From an uncultured Armatimonadia bacterium (GTDB lineage: Bacteria > Armatimonadota > Zipacnadia > UBA1398 > CAZMGT01): 64,000 bases of DNA. The stretch is from positions 93 through 64,092 of the forward strand of contig CAZMGT010000015.1 in NCBI GenBank assembly GCA_964565895.1. Reading direction: 5' to 3'. Positions 43,774 to 52,712 of this stretch are shown piece by piece; the stretch's first letter is position 1, and each line of letters begins with the position of its first letter. The position numbers and the translations under genes were made by a program. Below the pieces are notes generated by a model. That model was not told the DNA's origin and made no database searches. It worked only from the letters and a program-made list of their open reading frames with translations.

Positions 43774-43808
43774 TGGCCCGCGCCCCAGCGGCGCGGGCCA
43801 GTTTTTCT
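43774..43808 (+). terminator. Rho-independent terminator
   Basis: Perfect 11-bp stem TGGCCCGCGCC/GGCGCGGGCCA with 5-nt loop, followed by GTTTTTCT. Confidence 0.85.
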
Positions 43809-43819
43809 GCTAGCCACTC

Positions 43820-46126
43820 TCAGCGGCCGGCAAACACCGCGTCGTTAATCTCGCCCAGCTTATATAAAGTAATGCACTCCGGCCAGGCGATTCGCAACGG
43901 CGACCTGCCCGAGACGGCCTCGTAAAGCAGCGGCTCGCCGTTGGGCGGCCGCTCGACCGACTGGGTGATGAAGTTCGCCAGCAAGATCCCCGCACACCGC
44001 CCCAATATCTGCACATAGCCGCCCAACCCAGCGCGCGTCGGCTCGCGCATCGCCCCGGAGCTAAATATGGCCACGTTGCGGCAGTCGCGAATGATGAACG
44101 AGGGGCTGGTCCCCTCGCGCTTAACGCTGAAGATCCTTATGTTTTCCGCGTCTGTAAGCTCGCAGTTCGTCGCGCAGGCATAGGGCGAGTGCTTTGTCGC
44201 CTCGACGTTAAGCCCATAGATGGCCAGCGGCTGGCGCGTCCCGTGGATGGCGAGGCAGCGAAACTCCCTGTTGCCCGAGCGCGCGTTTGGGGCAAGGAAA
44301 TAGTGCTTGCCCCCGCCGCTTTGCGAAAAGAGGACGACGCTGCGCGGGTTCGTCGCGGGCGCGCGGTCCCACTGCTGCGAAAACTGCAGGGCAAGGGTTA
44401 GCGAGCGCCGCCCCGCGCGCCAGTGCAAATGGTCGAACCGGTCCCACGTGTTCGCCCCGTTGGCCTCGCGCCCGCCGCCCGCGGTGCGCACGGAGATCTC
44501 CAAAAAGGCAAGCGCGGTCGTCGCCTCCGGGTCGTCGTCGGTCTGAATCATCGGTGGGTGGCCCGCGCTCGGGCGCCAGCTATCGTGCCAGGCGATGGTC
44601 GAAATGCGCCGGGCGACGCCGAACAGCTTCGTGTTCTTGCGCAGGGTTAGCGTCTTGCTAATGCGGAACGTCCCCCGGGGGACGAACACCCTGCCGTAGC
44701 CCGCCGCCGCTGCCGCGTCGATCGCCCGCTGGATTGCCGGCCAGTCGTCCGAATCATCGTCCGGCGTTGCCCGATAGGGGGGCTCGGTAATGACGATCGT
44801 TTGCCCCTCCTCGCCGGTATACGCGGGGAGCTCGCGCCACAGATGCCGCGTGAGAAGGTCCGCGGGCGGCGCCGCGACGCGCTGCAGCGAGATCACCGCC
44901 TGGGGCTTCTTTTCCACGCGGCCGTTGACGATCGTGAAAAAGCGAAAGTAGCGGTCGCCCAGCTCATAGGGCGGGTCGTCGGAAAGCGCCACTTGCTCCG
45001 TATAGGCATATTCCGCGACGCGCGTCCACTTGCCCAGCGCGCGAATGGGGGCGAGGTTCGCGCTGCGCACAAGCTCGGCCGTCTCCGCGATGTAAACATT
45101 GCGCAGATAGATGCTCTTACCCTTGGCGTTGTCGATCGCCGGCGCGCCCTCGCCGACCTCGATTATCCCGTCCACGAGGCTCATCGTGCCCACCGCGCCG
45201 CACCAGCCCACGCGCCTCGTTGTAATTACCGGCGCGCGGCGTTTTATAATGCGAAAGCCGACCATGGCCAGGGGCACGAAGTCCGAAAACTCCACCGCGC
45301 TTTGCTCTTGGCCGACGAGCGTCGCGCCAACGACCACCGTCCCCGCCATGCTCCCCAGAAGGAGCAGGCCGAACCGCCCGCCGCGCACCTCAATGTTCCC
45401 CGCTCCGCCGTTGCGCCCGGGGAGGCCGAGGAAACCGGCATAGGCCCCCTCGGCGTCTATCGCCACGTTTTCCACCGAGCTGTTCTGGGCTGCGGCAAAG
45501 GCCACGGCAATTGCCCCAGGGTGGCCGGAGCAGTCGAAGTTAATGTTGCGCAGCTCCTCGCCGAAGAGATTCGCCGTGCCGTCGGCATAGCCCCGGGGCA
45601 GCCCTAGCGGATGGGCGGGCTCGCTCGGCGGCGGAGAGTCTGGCCCGCGCGCCATGAAGTTGCGAAAGGCAACCATGGGCCGCGGCTGCTCCGGGTCGTC
45701 GAACAGCGGGGCGCGGCGGGCAAGCTTAATCGTCGGCCTCATCCCCGCCCGCGCGCAGCCGATGAGCACGTGGTTGTTCCACGGCGGGTTTTGCCGCTTG
45801 CCCTTCTTCGCGTTCCACGGCTGCCACTTATAGCACTTCAGCGTGTCGCTGATCACATACCTCCCGGGAGGGAACAACACCGCCAGGCGGTTGGCATAGG
45901 CGTCGTCGATCGCCTGTTGCAGCCCACACGTGCAATCGCCCGTGCCGTCGCTGCGCACGCCAGGGTAGTGGGTAACGACAAGGTAGCCCAGGGCAAAACG
46001 GGGGTCCTCGCGCGCGGCTCGGGGAATCTCCGCCGTCGCCGTGCGCTCGACAAGGCACACGAGCGCCAGGCAGCACAGCGCGCCCCGCAAAAACCATCCC
46101 GCGCCGCGGACATGCGCGCCATCCAT
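43820..46126 (-). CDS. Secreted pectate_lyase_3 superfamily / GH55-like tandem beta-helix protein
   Basis: Two N-cap motifs: GVRSDGTGDCTCGLQQAIDDA...LFPPGRYVISDTL and ATPDDDSDDWPAIQRAIDAA...VFVPRGTFRISKTL. Confidence 0.8.
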   Translation of the reverse strand: MDGAHVRGAGWFLRGALCCLALVCLVERTATAEIPRAAREDPRFALGYLVVTHYPGVRSDGTGDCTCGLQQAIDDAYANRLAVLFPPGRYVISDTLKCYKWQPWNAKKGKRQNPPWNNHVLIGCARAGMRPTIKLARRAPLFDDPEQPRPMVAFRNFMARGPDSPPPSEPAHPLGLPRGYADGTANLFGEELRNINFDCSGHPGAIAVAFAAAQNSSVENVAIDAEGAYAGFLGLPGRNGGAGNIEVRGGRFGLLLLGSMAGTVVVGATLVGQEQSAVEFSDFVPLAMVGFRIIKRRAPVITTRRVGWCGAVGTMSLVDGIIEVGEGAPAIDNAKGKSIYLRNVYIAETAELVRSANLAPIRALGKWTRVAEYAYTEQVALSDDPPYELGDRYFRFFTIVNGRVEKKPQAVISLQRVAAPPADLLTRHLWRELPAYTGEEGQTIVITEPPYRATPDDDSDDWPAIQRAIDAAAAAGYGRVFVPRGTFRISKTLTLRKNTKLFGVARRISTIAWHDSWRPSAGHPPMIQTDDDPEATTALAFLEISVRTAGGGREANGANTWDRFDHLHWRAGRRSLTLALQFSQQWDRAPATNPRSVVLFSQSGGGKHYFLAPNARSGNREFRCLAIHGTRQPLAIYGLNVEATKHSPYACATNCELTDAENIRIFSVKREGTSPSFIIRDCRNVAIFSSGAMREPTRAGLGGYVQILGRCAGILLANFITQSVERPPNGEPLLYEAVSGRSPLRIAWPECITLYKLGEINDAVFAGR

Positions 46127-46368
46127 TTCCCGCTCCTCCCTTCGCTCGCGGGCCGCGCAGGCGGGCGCGCCCAGCGATGAGACACCGCGGACACCTTCGC
46201 GTTTCCCACGCGCGCGGGCGGTGGGCCGACTGCCCCCGCGCTGGTGCTCCCGTCCCCTCGCGTTTCCCAGACGCCGGGCGATGGCCCGAGGCGAAGGGCA
46301 GGCGCGGGGCGCTTTAGAACAACCCTTGCCAGCAGGCCCCACCGTGCGGGCGATGGAGGGTGAGGCAG

Positions 46369-47934
46369 ATGGCTCACGTTAAGCTCGTTGCTCTCGCTGC
46401 CGTGTTACTGCTTGCCCAGACCCGGGCGCCAGGCCAGGTGATGAAAGTGACCCCAAGGCAGTATCACCCGATGGACCTCGTGCTGCGCAGCTCCGTGCAG
46501 CACGAAAACCCGTTTTTCGTAAACCTCAGCGCAGAGTTCTCCGGTCCGCAGGGCGAACGCCTCACCGTCTTAGGCTTTTACGACGGCGCGGATACCTGGC
46601 GCGTGCGCTTTGCCCCGCCCGTGCCGGGCGAGTGGACCTATCGCACGCGCTCGGACGACCCTCAGCTAAACGGCAAGACCGGCCGCTTTACCTGCTTGCC
46701 CAACGACGACCCGAACGTCCACGGCAGGCTGCGCGTGGACCCCGAGCACCCACACCACTTCGTTTGGGAGGACGGCACGCGCTATTTCCTCCTCGGCTTC
46801 GAGGCGGACTGGATTTGGGCCGTGGACTTAGGGCGCGAGGACATTTCCAACCTTCGGCGGTTTATCGAGGCCATCGCGCGCCACCGCTTTAACCACATTA
46901 TCATGAACGTCTACGCGCACGACTGCCCCTGGACAAAGGGCAAAACGAGCCCCTGGGACTATGGCCCGCCGGCGATGTTCGCCTGGGCGGGAAGCAACGA
47001 CAACCCAAACCACTCCCGGCTTAACGTCGCCTTCTTCCGGCACTACGATCGGCTGATGAACTGCCTGTTCGAAAAAGGCATTGTGGCGCACATTATGCTC
47101 CGCGTATACAACAAAATGGTGCGCTGGCCGAAAAACAAAAGCCCTGAGGATTGGCTCTACTATCGCTATGTCATCGCCCGCTACGCCGCCTATCCCAACG
47201 TCATCTGGGACTTCTCCAAAGAGGCGCACAGCGAGAAAGATGCCCAGTATAAACTCGAGGTTCTCCGCCGCATCAGACAGTGGGACCCCTATGACAACCT
47301 AATTACCGTGCACGACGACAACGCGATGTACGACAGCGGGCGCTATAACGAGCTGCTCGACTTTCGCTCCGACCAGCAGCACAGGAAATGGGCGGAGATA
47401 ATTCGCAAGCAGCGCGCGCAGCGCAATTGGCCCGTGGTCAACGTCGAGTATGGCTATGAGCGCGGGGTGGAGGACCTGCCCACGTATCGCGTAAAGCAGG
47501 ACTGGCGCGAGGTTTTGCGCAGAACGTGGGAGATTTACCTCGCCGGCGGCTACTGCAACTATTATTACTCAAACACGAGCTGGGACCTAATCAAGTGGGA
47601 GCCCGAGCCGCCGGGCTGGCGGCGCTATGCCATTCTCTACGACTTCTTCCAGCGCACGCGCTACTGGGAGATGGAGCCCGCGGACGAGCTGGTGAGTGCA
47701 GGCCGCTGCCTGGCCAAGCCTGGGGAGCAGTATGTGGTGTTCTTAGAGCAAGGCCGCGAGACGACCTTGCGCATCGCGGGCGCGGCGCGGCCGCTCTCGC
47801 TCGTTTGGCTCGATCCCTACACCGGCCGCGAGGTTGCCGGGGCAGCGCTGGGCAACGGCAGGCACACGCTGCGCATCCCAGCCGAGCTTTCGCCGCCGGC
47901 CGTGGCCGCTCTGGGCGTAGCGCGGGAGCAGTAG
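46369..47934 (+). CDS. DUF5060 + DUF4038 (apiosidase-like) glycoside hydrolase with C-terminal collagen-binding-like domain
   Basis: NPF....SAEFSGP, GFYDGADTWRVRFAPPVPGEWTY, HFVWEDGTRYF, YVIARYAAYPNVIWD, PVVNVEYGYE, WLDPYTG. Confidence 0.85.
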   Translation: MAHVKLVALAAVLLLAQTRAPGQVMKVTPRQYHPMDLVLRSSVQHENPFFVNLSAEFSGPQGERLTVLGFYDGADTWRVRFAPPVPGEWTYRTRSDDPQLNGKTGRFTCLPNDDPNVHGRLRVDPEHPHHFVWEDGTRYFLLGFEADWIWAVDLGREDISNLRRFIEAIARHRFNHIIMNVYAHDCPWTKGKTSPWDYGPPAMFAWAGSNDNPNHSRLNVAFFRHYDRLMNCLFEKGIVAHIMLRVYNKMVRWPKNKSPEDWLYYRYVIARYAAYPNVIWDFSKEAHSEKDAQYKLEVLRRIRQWDPYDNLITVHDDNAMYDSGRYNELLDFRSDQQHRKWAEIIRKQRAQRNWPVVNVEYGYERGVEDLPTYRVKQDWREVLRRTWEIYLAGGYCNYYYSNTSWDLIKWEPEPPGWRRYAILYDFFQRTRYWEMEPADELVSAGRCLAKPGEQYVVFLEQGRETTLRIAGAARPLSLVWLDPYTGREVAGAALGNGRHTLRIPAELSPPAVAALGVAREQ

Positions 47935-47961
47935 CCGGGCAACGGAGAGAACGCTTGGCCC

Positions 47962-50004
47962 ATGGAAACCGAGGTCGGACGGGGGCAGTCCGGCACAGGT
48001 GAGCTGGGCGAGGAGGCAGCCCGCGGGGCGGCCCGCGCCGAGGCTCCCATGCAGGCCCCGCGCGGGCCGATTACCCTACGCGCCCTGCTCCTCGGCCTGT
48101 GCATGTCCATTATCCTGGGCATCATCACGCCGGCCAACGACATGGCCCTGGGCAATACGTTCATGGCCGGCAACCACTTCCCCCTGGGCGCGTTCTTGGT
48201 CCTCCTGCTCGTGTCCATCCCGGTAAACCGCTTGCTGCGGCTAACGAGGGTAATTAGGCCGTTAAGCGCGGGCGAGGTTATCGTCGTGTGGTGCATGTGC
48301 CTCGCCTCGTCGGGCATCCCGTGCTCGGGGCTGATGCGCCTGCTCGTCCCCGCGCCCGCGGGGCTGGAGTATTACGCCGACGAGCAGAACAAACTCGACG
48401 AGATCGTCCGCCCGCACCTTCCCCCGTGGCTCATCGTCCAGGGCGAGGAGGAGGTGCGCTGGTTCTTCGAGGCCCTGCCCGAGGGCGAGCGCATTCCGTG
48501 GTATGCCTGGCTGCCTTCGATCTGCGGCTATGGAATTTTCGTGCTGATGTTCTATGCGTTAATGGCCTGCCTGGCCTCGCTGTTGCGCAAGCAGTGGGCG
48601 GACCACGAGCGCTTTCCCTTTCCCCTGCTCGAGGTGCCTGTGGAGCTGGCCCGCTCTACAGAGACCCCGCTCGGGATGCCGGAGTGGGTAAGGCACGGGG
48701 GGTTTTGGGCGGTAACCATTTTGCTGCTCGTGCTGCACACGATCCAGGGGCTGCACATGTTCTATCCCAGCCTGCCCAGCGTACCGTTTGCCGTGCCGCT
48801 TCACCGCTACCTAACGGAGCGCCCCTGGCGCTACATGGGCTGGATGGTCGCGCGGACGTATCCCATGATGGTCGGGCTGTCCTATATGACGCGCACGGAG
48901 ATTACCTTTTCCGTGTGGTTTTTCTATCTTGTTCTGCACACGCAGTATATGGTGCGCGGGATGCTCGGCCTGCCCCCGGGAACGCCCATGTTCCGCGGCG
49001 GGCCGACGTTCGCGATTACCCAGCAAAACGGGGCGCATTGGGGGCTGTTGCTTTGGTCGCTGTGGGTCGCGCGGGGCTATATTAGGCGGGTGCTCCGCCA
49101 AGCTTTCGGCCGCGAGCGGACGATCGACGACTCGCAGGAGGCTCTCCCCGTGCGCGTGGCCCTGTTTGGGGCGCTGGCGAGCTTTGTCGGCTGCGTGCTG
49201 TGGTTTGTCGCGGCCGGGGTAAGCGTGCTCATTGCCATTTGGGTTGTGCTTGCGTTTACCGGGGTAATGGTTGTCCTAAGCTGGCTCGTATGCAACGGCG
49301 GGCTAATGATGGTGCAGTGCCGCTGGACGCCGCTCGACCCTGTGGTCGGCGTGCTCGGGACGCGCGTGCTCAGCGTGCGAGACAAGGCCGTGGTGCCGCT
49401 GTTTGAGCAGATTTTCTGCTTCGATCTGCGCGAGGCGATCCTCCCCAGCATACTCAACGGCCTGCGCGCCGCCGATGTCGGCGTCAGCCGCCGCCACACG
49501 CTGGGCGCGATGATGCTCGCCGCCGTCGCTGTCGCCGCCGTAGCCTACTACTTCGCCATTCGCGTGGGCTACGTTTGGGCCGCGGGAACCCTGCCCGAGG
49601 TCCCCACCTACCACTCGCGCAGCGTCTATCCCTACGAGCTGGCTGCCCGCTGGATTACCGAGGGCCAAGAGCCCGCGCTGGACAACCTGCGCAATATCCT
49701 CACCGGCTTCGCCATCGTGTTTGGGCTGCTTTGGCTGCGCAGCCGCCTCCTCTGGTTTCCCCTGCACCCCGCCGGCCTGTGCATGATCTACTCCTATTCC
49801 GGCGAGATGATCTGGTTCTCCATGTTCTTAGGCTGGCTGTTGAAAACGTGCCTGCTGCGCTATGGGGGCTACCGCGCAATGCGCGCCGCGCGGCCCTATT
49901 TTGCGGGAATGATCGTCGGCGACGCGATCGCCGGGCTAATTTGGATTATCGTCGGCTGGTGCATGAAGGACCAGGACATTTTCTACGCCCTGCTCCCGCG
50001 CTAG
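47962..50004 (+). CDS. DUF6785/DUF6784-type polytopic membrane protein (putative transporter)
   Basis: ITLRALLLG, NHFPLGA, QWADHERFPFPL, WFPLHPAG, MFLGWLLK..LLRYGG...RAARPYFAGMIVGD. Confidence 0.75.
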   Translation: METEVGRGQSGTGELGEEAARGAARAEAPMQAPRGPITLRALLLGLCMSIILGIITPANDMALGNTFMAGNHFPLGAFLVLLLVSIPVNRLLRLTRVIRPLSAGEVIVVWCMCLASSGIPCSGLMRLLVPAPAGLEYYADEQNKLDEIVRPHLPPWLIVQGEEEVRWFFEALPEGERIPWYAWLPSICGYGIFVLMFYALMACLASLLRKQWADHERFPFPLLEVPVELARSTETPLGMPEWVRHGGFWAVTILLLVLHTIQGLHMFYPSLPSVPFAVPLHRYLTERPWRYMGWMVARTYPMMVGLSYMTRTEITFSVWFFYLVLHTQYMVRGMLGLPPGTPMFRGGPTFAITQQNGAHWGLLLWSLWVARGYIRRVLRQAFGRERTIDDSQEALPVRVALFGALASFVGCVLWFVAAGVSVLIAIWVVLAFTGVMVVLSWLVCNGGLMMVQCRWTPLDPVVGVLGTRVLSVRDKAVVPLFEQIFCFDLREAILPSILNGLRAADVGVSRRHTLGAMMLAAVAVAAVAYYFAIRVGYVWAAGTLPEVPTYHSRSVYPYELAARWITEGQEPALDNLRNILTGFAIVFGLLWLRSRLLWFPLHPAGLCMIYSYSGEMIWFSMFLGWLLKTCLLRYGGYRAMRAARPYFAGMIVGDAIAGLIWIIVGWCMKDQDIFYALLPR

Positions 50005-50080
50005 GGGCGGGGAGGAGGCGCAGCGGCCCCCGCCGAATGCTTGCCCCGTGCCAAACGTGGGCAGCAAGGGAGGGTCGCGA

Positions 50081-50761
50081 ATGCCGACGGCGACGTTTCT
50101 CGGTCATGCGTGCGTGCTCATTAAAGGAAGCAAGGGAAGCGTGATTATCGATCCGTTTCTTTCCGGCAACCCCAACGCCGGCGCTTCGCCGCAAGAGATT
50201 TCCGTGGACGCCGTGCTCGTTACCCACGGCCACGGCGACCACCTGGGCGACGCCCTGGACATTGCCAAGCGTTGCGGATGCCCGGTCGTCGCCCCGTTCG
50301 AGCTCGCCAGCTACGCCGAGCGCCACGGAGCCCAGGCGCACGGCATGCATATCGGCGGGGCGTATCAGTTTCCGTTTGGCCGGGTAAAGCTCACCCCGGC
50401 GTGGCACGGCTCCGCGGTCGTCGGCCAAACCGTGGAGTATACGGGCAACCCGTGCGGCTTCCTGGTAACCATGGACGGAAAGACCGTTTACCACCCGGGC
50501 GACACGGGGCTGTCCGCGGAGATGGAGCTTATCGGCCGGCGCGAGAGCATTGACTTGGCGTTTTTGCCCATCGGCGACAACTTCACCATGGGCATTGACG
50601 ACGCGGCCTATGCCGTGGAGCTGCTCAAGCCGGCGAAGGTCGTGCCCATGCACTACGGCACGTTTCCCGTGATCGAGGCCGACCCGGAGGAGTTTAAGCG
50701 GCGCGTGGGCGACGCCGCGGAAGTGGTCATTCTCAAACCCGGGGAAAGCGTGGAAGTATAA
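50081..50761 (+). CDS. Metallo-beta-lactamase-fold hydrolase (UPF0173 family)
   Basis: FLGHAC, IIDPFLSGNP, THGHGDHLGD, TPAWHGS, YHPGDTG, LPIGDNFTMG, PMHYGTFP. Confidence 0.93.
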   Translation: MPTATFLGHACVLIKGSKGSVIIDPFLSGNPNAGASPQEISVDAVLVTHGHGDHLGDALDIAKRCGCPVVAPFELASYAERHGAQAHGMHIGGAYQFPFGRVKLTPAWHGSAVVGQTVEYTGNPCGFLVTMDGKTVYHPGDTGLSAEMELIGRRESIDLAFLPIGDNFTMGIDDAAYAVELLKPAKVVPMHYGTFPVIEADPEEFKRRVGDAAEVVILKPGESVEV

Positions 50762-50803
50762 CGCCAACCGCGGCGGCGTCTCGGCGGAGGGCGGCTCGCT
50801 CCT

Positions 50804-52519
50804 CTAGCGCGCGATGCGCGGCGAGGGCAGGTTGTTAAACACCTGCTCGAGCGAGATCTCGCCGCTGCGCGCTTTCTCCAGGCCGACCTCCATGAGCGGG
50901 CGGAAGCCCGCGCGCAACGCTGCTCGGCGCAGCTCCTCCTCCGGCGCGCCCTGGCCCACAAGCTGGCGCAGCTCGCCGCCCAGCGAGAGCGACTCGGCCA
51001 CCGCGGTGAGCCCAGCCAAACCCCGCCCGCGGCACGTGGGGCATCCCCGCCCGCGGAAAAACGGCCCCTGCACGGGGTGCCCGAGCATGTCCTCGAGCTG
51101 GCCGAGGAGCGTGGGGTCGGGCTCCACCTCCTCGCGACACTGCGGGCAGTTGCGCGCGACCAGCCGCTGGGCCACGACAATGTTCACCGCCGCGGCAAGC
51201 AGGTAGTGCTGCGCACCGAGATCGGCCAGCCGCGCTAGGCTCAAAATGGCGTCCTGCGCGTGGACCGTGGTGAGCACGAGATGCCCGGTAAGCCCCGCGC
51301 GAATGGCGATCTCGCACGTCTCCTGGTCGCGCACCTCGCCGACCATAATTACGTCGGGGTTTTGGCGCAAAATGGCGCGCAGCCCCTCGGCGAACGTCAG
51401 CCCCACCGACTCGTGGACCTCGATCTGCGTTACTCCGTCTAGGATAAGCTCCACGGGGTCCTCGATGGTCATGGTGTTTTTCGTTACGTCCTGCAGCGCC
51501 TTGAGGCAGGCATAAAGCGTGGTCGTCTTTCCCGAGCCCGTGGGGCCGGCGACGATGATTACCCCCTGCTGCTGGTTCAGCGCCCAGTTCAGCCGCCGCA
51601 TGGTGTCCTCGTCGAACCCGACCTGCTGCAGGGCCAGCGTCGAACGGCCGGAGTCGAGGACGCGAATCGCCGCCTTTTCGCCGAAGATCGAGGGCAAAGT
51701 GGCCAGACGCAGATCAATCGCCCGGCCGGCAAACCGCGCCTTAATGTGCCCGTCTTGGGGCACGGAGCGGTTGGTAATGTCCATTCCCGCGAGGACCTTT
51801 AGGTAGGAGATTACCGGCTTTTTCGCGCTCCCCGGCATGCGCAGCACGTTGCGCAACTGCCCGCGCACGCGAAAGCGCACTTGGACGTGGTCCGGGCCGG
51901 GCTCGAAGTGAATGTCGCTCGCCCCCGTCTCTATTGCGTCGGCGATAATATCGTTGACGGTATCCACCACTTGGACTTCCTGTGCTCTGTCCGGGGTCTC
52001 TTCTTCCTCGGAGATAAACTCGATGCGCGCCTTGGCCCGCGCCGGCGCGGGAGCGGCGGAGGCTTCCGTGGTGGGTTCGGAGATAGCATATTTCTGCGCG
52101 AGGACGGAGAGGATCTCGCTCGGCGTGGCGACCACGGGCTGAAGCTGCATGCCCACGTGCTGCCGCGCCTCGTCCAGCGCCTGCAGGTTCGTGGGGTCGG
52201 CCATGGCCAGGTAGGCCGTGCGCTGGTCGGTCGCCCCCGGGGGGCGAAACGGAGCGACGAGGTAGCGCTGGCAGAAGCCGGGGGGCATGCGCGCGAGCAG
52301 CTCGCCGTCCCAGCACAGGCCGCAGTCGCGGGCCAAAGCCAGCCCCATGCGCTCGGCAAGCACCCGCGCCAGGTCGTTGGGGTCGATCAGCCCCAGGTCA
52401 ACGAGCACCGCGCCCAACCGTCGCCCGGGCGCCGAGCGCTGGACGTTTAGCGCATGGCGCAGCGACTCCTCCGTTATCAGCCCCATGCGCACGAGCATTT
52501 CTCCAATTCGTTCGGCCAT
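50804..52519 (-). CDS. PilB/GspE/MshE family secretion ATPase with N-terminal MshEN c-di-GMP-binding motif
   Basis: RIGEMLVRMGLI...LRHALNVQ...RLGAVLVDLGLI; Walker A GPTGSGKTT, EDPVE, LRQNPDVIMVGEVRD, TGHLVLTTVH, CPQC...CPTC. Confidence 0.93.
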   Translation of the reverse strand: MAERIGEMLVRMGLITEESLRHALNVQRSAPGRRLGAVLVDLGLIDPNDLARVLAERMGLALARDCGLCWDGELLARMPPGFCQRYLVAPFRPPGATDQRTAYLAMADPTNLQALDEARQHVGMQLQPVVATPSEILSVLAQKYAISEPTTEASAAPAPARAKARIEFISEEEETPDRAQEVQVVDTVNDIIADAIETGASDIHFEPGPDHVQVRFRVRGQLRNVLRMPGSAKKPVISYLKVLAGMDITNRSVPQDGHIKARFAGRAIDLRLATLPSIFGEKAAIRVLDSGRSTLALQQVGFDEDTMRRLNWALNQQQGVIIVAGPTGSGKTTTLYACLKALQDVTKNTMTIEDPVELILDGVTQIEVHESVGLTFAEGLRAILRQNPDVIMVGEVRDQETCEIAIRAGLTGHLVLTTVHAQDAILSLARLADLGAQHYLLAAAVNIVVAQRLVARNCPQCREEVEPDPTLLGQLEDMLGHPVQGPFFRGRGCPTCRGRGLAGLTAVAESLSLGGELRQLVGQGAPEEELRRAALRAGFRPLMEVGLEKARSGEISLEQVFNNLPSPRIAR

Positions 52520-52548
52520 CGGCAACCACCCTGTCCTCGCCCCCGCCT

Positions 52549-52578
52549 ATTGTACACTATTGTCGCCCGCGGTTGACA
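52549..52578. promoter_or_regulatory. Divergent promoter region: TACAAT (-10, minus strand, for the ATPase) and TTGACA (-35, plus strand)
   Basis: ATTGTA at 52549-52554 and TTGACA at 52573-52578; the partner elements are weak. Confidence 0.35.
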
Positions 52579-52712
52579 GAACGCGCCCCGCGGGGTACGC
52601 AAAATGCGCAGCCCGTGGGCGTCTAACAAAACTGGGCGCTGGCTGCGCAGTGCGCCGCGTTGGCCGGCGGCCTTTAGGGTTTGCACAAAGCGCTTTGCCC
52701 AGGAGGTCGGCT

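Noticed and set aside
52287-52712. N-terminal extensions given by the ORF track (also 24219-24467, 41169-41462, 40984-41295, 46127-46342, 12559-12630)
   Set aside because: They overlap neighbouring genes or intergenic promoters; internal starts with an RBS and signal peptide fit better.
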